Assembly (NCBI GenBank): GCA_964247055.1
Contig: OZ176052.1
Span: 2,604,001-2,668,000, forward strand
Source of the DNA: Paragordius varius
Lineage: Eukaryota > Animalia > Nematomorpha
DNA length: 64,000 nucleotides
Direction of reading: 5' to 3'
Part shown: positions 59,841 to 64,000 of the stretch, piece by piece
How the letters are laid out: each line of letters opens with the position of its first letter
Numbering within the stretch: the first letter of the stretch is position 1
The notes under the pieces: model-generated
What the model was told of the DNA's origin: nothing
The model's database searches: none
What the model saw: the letters and a program-made list of their open reading frames with translations, nothing else
Program-made: the position numbers and the translations under genes

Positions 59841-61638
59841 ATGATATTGCCATTAACTGCTGTTTTTTATTTGATCGCATGTTATGATCTCACGGATTCT
59901 GGCATGCAAAAATTAATAAATGCCCTTAAACGTATAAAAAATATTATTGTAGGTGAAAATGTCATTAAGACTAAGCGTGTGGAAAATGTGATGCTTAAGG
60001 TTGACCGAGCTGATTTTTCTTCCTATGACCCCTACTACGATTCACCCCAAGGAATTGGGTATCAAGCTACGATAAGTGCTCCACATATGGTAAGTGTGTG
60101 ATTGCTTTATAATTTTAACCAATACGTCTTATCTTTTTAATATTATTTGTTATGCATCACTTTTGTCTCACACTGCATTTGATGATATTTTAATAAATAA
60201 TCTTTTATTGGGATGACAAATAGTTTATATAATAATCAAACATAATGAATCGATAAATAACATTTTTTATAACCAACTTGAGAATTTTATTGGCCTAAGA
60301 AATACCTCACCTAAAAGATAAATAACTATATTATTAAAGATCTTCTTAAACCAGAAAATTCAATATATTGGTGTACCAAAAAATCAAACAATTACACTCT
60401 GAAAGTTAAAAAATTGTGTTAATTTTTATTACATAAATTAAATTTTTATGCGAAAATCCATTTTTATACATATTTCTTCAATTGATTCAGCACGCCGTTG
60501 CTTTGGAGTTGCTATCAGATCATCTTAAACCCGGAAATAAAGCTTTGGACATTGGTTCTGGGAGCGGATATCTGACAGCCGCAATGGGAGAGATGGTATT
60601 TACTGAGATTAGTTTAAGTTTTATCAATTAATACAACAATATTATAAAATCAACGTTCTTTCTGTAATATTGTTCAAGGTATCACCAAACGGGTTAGCAA
60701 TTGGAATCGATCATATACCAGAACTTGTAACTAAATCGATTGAAAATGTTCGAAAACATCATTCAGCGCTTCTAGATAGTGGTGTTGTTAAATTAATTGG
60801 TACCTTTTTTATATTTACTAAAAATACGATGAAAGAATTTCTAGCATTTTGTTTTTACTATATATGAATTTTTAACTTAATATTCGATTATAAAATATAT
60901 TTAAACAAAATACTAATAATGGATAACTATAAAACAAATAAATAATAATAAATCAGTACATAACATATTTTGCCTTGCCAAATATTATACTAAATTAACT
61001 ATGTTTTATTTAAAGTGGGAGATGGTCGTTTAGGATATCCTACCCAAAAATATTATGATGCGATTCATGTTGGAGCTGCTAGTCCTACCAAACCTCAAGC
61101 TGTATCCATTCTTATATTTTATACTAATGCAAAAATGTTAACCTAATTTCGATCTTTTATAGCATTGATCAAGCATAAATAATAGCAGTTTTCAGTAAAG
61201 AGCAATATTATTGGCTATGAAAAGGAGATAAAAATTGTTTATGCACCAAAATTAATCCCATATATTTTTTTTTACTATAAATGCTATCTGGCATAACTAA
61301 TAATGATAAACAAGCAATCATGCTTTATTCTTTATATTGCATTATTATAATATATTTTTATGTTAAAGCACTTTCTTTTTAAATGACTTTTTTTTACATT
61401 TTTTGATTGTTTTAAGTTATTAGATCAACTAGCTCCAGGGGGTAGGCTTATAAGCCCTGTTTCCACCCCGCAAAGTGGTGGATATCAAAAATTTGTGAGA
61501 TACGATAAGGGTATAGATGGTAGTATAACTGAAAAAACGCTATTTTCAGTTTCTTATGTCCCCTTAACTGATAAGGAAAAACAAATTGGGCTTGATACCA
61601 AATTATCTACACGTTCACCGATTTTAGGGTTAACATAA
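59841..61638 (+). CDS. PCMT1: Protein-L-isoaspartate O-methyltransferase, copy B, 253 aa, 6 exons, with altered hydrophobic N-terminus
   Basis: Exons 59841-59931, 59953-60089, 60491-60595, 60679-60799, 61016-61101 and 61417-61638. Internal exon sizes 137/105/121/86 are identical to copy A and all catalytic motifs are intact. Confidence 0.93.
59932..59952 (+). other. 21-nt in-frame, stop-free intron (PCMT1 copy B intron 1)
   Basis: GTATAAAAAATATTATTGTAG, at the same position and phase as the 28-nt intron of copy A. Confidence 0.75.
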
Positions 61639-62139
61639 CAATCTTTTCATCATTTTAATATATTAAAAAGCTTTTAAATGCCATTATCTTAGTTTTATCA
61701 ATGCAAATATACTGACAAATTTTTTTTGTAGTTTTTGTAAATATATCATTGTTTAAAAATTTTGAGTATATTATTTATTATATAATATATTATAATAAAG
61801 AGATCTCTAAAATTCATCTCATGAAGTTCTATGTATGTGATTGTCAACAAATGAGCCATCATTATAAAGACATTGTAAATAAAAATTTTCCGAAATAAAT
61901 TTAATGTAACTAATTGCACTTCTTTTAAGCAGTTTTATAATCCGATACAATGGGTCTTCGGAATTTAAAGAATCTGTATTGATGTAAGATATCGAAAAAA
62001 ATGATTTGAGAATCAAATTCGCATTTTGCTCAGTGTTAAATTTAGTCGTAACATATTTTATATAACCTTAAAATCTATAACACCCTAATTTGTAATTAAA
62101 TACAAATTTAAAGCTTTTTAGACACCCAAAAAAATACAT

Positions 62140-63096
62140 TTAGGCAGGAATCAAAGATGCTTGTACATCATTTACGTTCCTGGAAGTATCAACATACACA
62201 TTTGGATAATTGGCGTTTAACGAACCAGGATTACCATGGGGTACTATACCGAATATAGAAGGTACCAAACTATACAGCTTTATAAGATCAAGGAAAATAA
62301 AAATGACATTTTTCAAGGCGAAAGCTGTTACATGATAATGATGACGGATTTTAACCCAAATCCAAATTCTGAGTATGAGGTATGGTACATTTAACATAAA
62401 TAGGTTAGATAATGTATGTATTAGCTCAATTAACAACAATGTTTTCCCGTGACGCATGCATAGTTCATTGGTTTGATGTAAAAGCAAGTTGAGATGCAAG
62501 ATGGAGAAATAGGGAAAAATAAAATTGATGCAAGCTAATGTAATGATCCCTGTCCTAATTGATTGTGGTAAAAAATGATCAGGATCTTCAACATTAAACG
62601 TTTCCCTTAAAAACAAAATGGATAGAATTAATGTGCTATCTAAAACGTTGAACGGTACAGTAAAAACTATTGAACGAATTTCACCGTTATAATCATCATT
62701 TCTGGCAAATATGTTTCGAATGACCAAGAATATAAATATTAGTGCTGAAATTCCAATTATTAGTTTTAAAGCTGTGGTGCCAAAATATTGATCTTCGGTC
62801 AATGACGGGGCAATCCATTTAAAAATAAAACCCAAACGTATCATTAAAAAAACTGAGTAGAAAAGCCAAAAGGTGACATCCCATGCAAATAAAATTTTGA
62901 TCCAACAGTTTTGGGTGGATTTAAACAAACGATTAAATAAATACGTTGTAATTAAAACTATAATCAAAAATGTGTCCATCCATGAAAACAGAAAAAACTT
63001 TGTTTTCGAATACCGATAAATATAATAGTTTAATAAACTTCCCTGAACTATCGTTAATATGATAGCCAACAATAAAAAAATATAAAAAGATATCAT
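62140..63096 (-). CDS. TMEM121/CECR6-family multi-pass membrane protein, 318 aa, intronless
   Basis: Single ORF with QGSLLNYY, WLFYS, NVLDS, INFIFP, NVPYLILR and FALKN motifs recalled from this family. Confidence 0.75.
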   Translation of the reverse strand: MISFYIFLLLAIILTIVQGSLLNYYIYRYSKTKFFLFSWMDTFLIIVLITTYLFNRLFKSTQNCWIKILFAWDVTFWLFYSVFLMIRLGFIFKWIAPSLTEDQYFGTTALKLIIGISALIFIFLVIRNIFARNDDYNGEIRSIVFTVPFNVLDSTLILSILFLRETFNVEDPDHFLPQSIRTGIITLACINFIFPYFSILHLNLLLHQTNELCMRHGKTLLLIELIHTLSNLFMLNVPYLILRIWIWVKIRHHYHVTAFALKNVIFIFLDLIKLYSLVPSIFGIVPHGNPGSLNANYPNVYVDTSRNVNDVQASLIPA

Positions 63097-63288
63097 CCTT
63101 TAAATATTTTTAAAATTATATTGATGCGACATATGAAAGGGGCTTTTTTTATTTCACTCATAAAAACTGATATTATACCATTTTTAATTTAAATTCACCT
63201 TATAAAGAAATAAATTGTGTTTTCAGTAACTCATAAATATGAAATATATCTCTATGGCTTGGTTTATCATTTTTTCATTATTGTATTA

Positions 63289-63534
63289 CACTTCGATGTT
63301 AATTGGAGAATCTAAATATCCCAGGCTACATTTTAAATGATATTTTTAATAAACTACAAAAAACTCCAATTTAGATTTATGCTTCCTAATAAATATTATA
63401 TAAATAAGCCCAATATTCAAATAAAATTCAATTTTAAAATTTTTTTATATCAAACCACTTCGATGCCATTTTTATTTTAAAACATTTTTGCAAATTATTG
63501 TGTTGAGTTTAAAAAAATCAAAGCTAGTTTTTAT
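63289..63534 (+). mobile_element. Left half of a family B piggyBac-like element
   Basis: CACTTCGATGTTAATTGGAGAATCTAAATATCCCAGG is collinear with 15883-16150. Interrupted at an internal TTAA. Confidence 0.65.
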
Positions 63535-63538
63535 TTAA

Positions 63539-64000
63539 CACTTGGATACAACACATTCATTTTAATCCTCCGATTCAAATTGGGGTTGGATACCCCAGGC
63601 CTATTTAAAATTAAATTCTTTAAAAAATATGAAAGGAATCGAAACCATGGCAGAATTTTGCACTTATATGACATTAATAAAGCGAAATATACAAAAAAAT
63701 TCAAATACTTGATATTACATATTTTAGGCTAAAACCAAAAGGTAAAAATTTAGTTAACGTGACATGTGTGCAATGATAAATTGAAAATACGAAATAAACC
63801 GCTTATCCTATTTTTATCAATGTTAGATGTAATTTAAATATAAAATTAGCTTTAATGTTACCCTAAATTAGATGGAGATGATATTTTAAAATTTTGTAAA
63901 ATAAAAATGGCGGCGAAATAGTTTGATATGGAACTTTTTATTCAAAACAAAATTTTCTTTGGATATTTTGGCTAATTTATATAATTTTTATTAGGATAGA
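63539..64000 (-). mobile_element. Family B piggyBac-like element in reverse orientation, running off the window
   Basis: TTAA|CACTTGGATACAACACATTCATTT is the reverse complement of the right ends at 10534 and 16443. Confidence 0.8.

Overview
AT-rich eukaryotic, almost certainly animal, genomic DNA using the standard code and GT-AG introns. I saw no rRNA, tRNA or CRISPR. Genes reconstructed by hand: an unidentified multi-exon gene (-, about 46-2016), an SLC46-like MFS transporter (+, 8494-13650), RFC5 (+, 24942-28194), two convergent paralogous rhodopsin-like GPCRs (28481-31314 +, 37353-38723 -), glutaminyl-tRNA synthetase (-, 42261-52327, 17 exons), two tandem protein-L-isoaspartate methyltransferases (52432-56857 and 59841-61638, +) and a TMEM121/CECR6-family gene (-, 62140-63096). 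Intergenic DNA and long introns are full of DNA transposons, including a 7.8 kb Buster-type hAT carrying a nested Harbinger and a nested Blackjack-type hAT. Two observations stand out. First, six ultra-short spliceosomal introns of 21-28 nt occur only among introns 1-3 of housekeeping genes, alongside introns of 65 nt to 2.7 kb. Second, the Blackjack element carries an inverted, deletion-riddled copy of its own transposase, forming a large hairpin. All homology calls come from motif recognition by eye; no searches were run.
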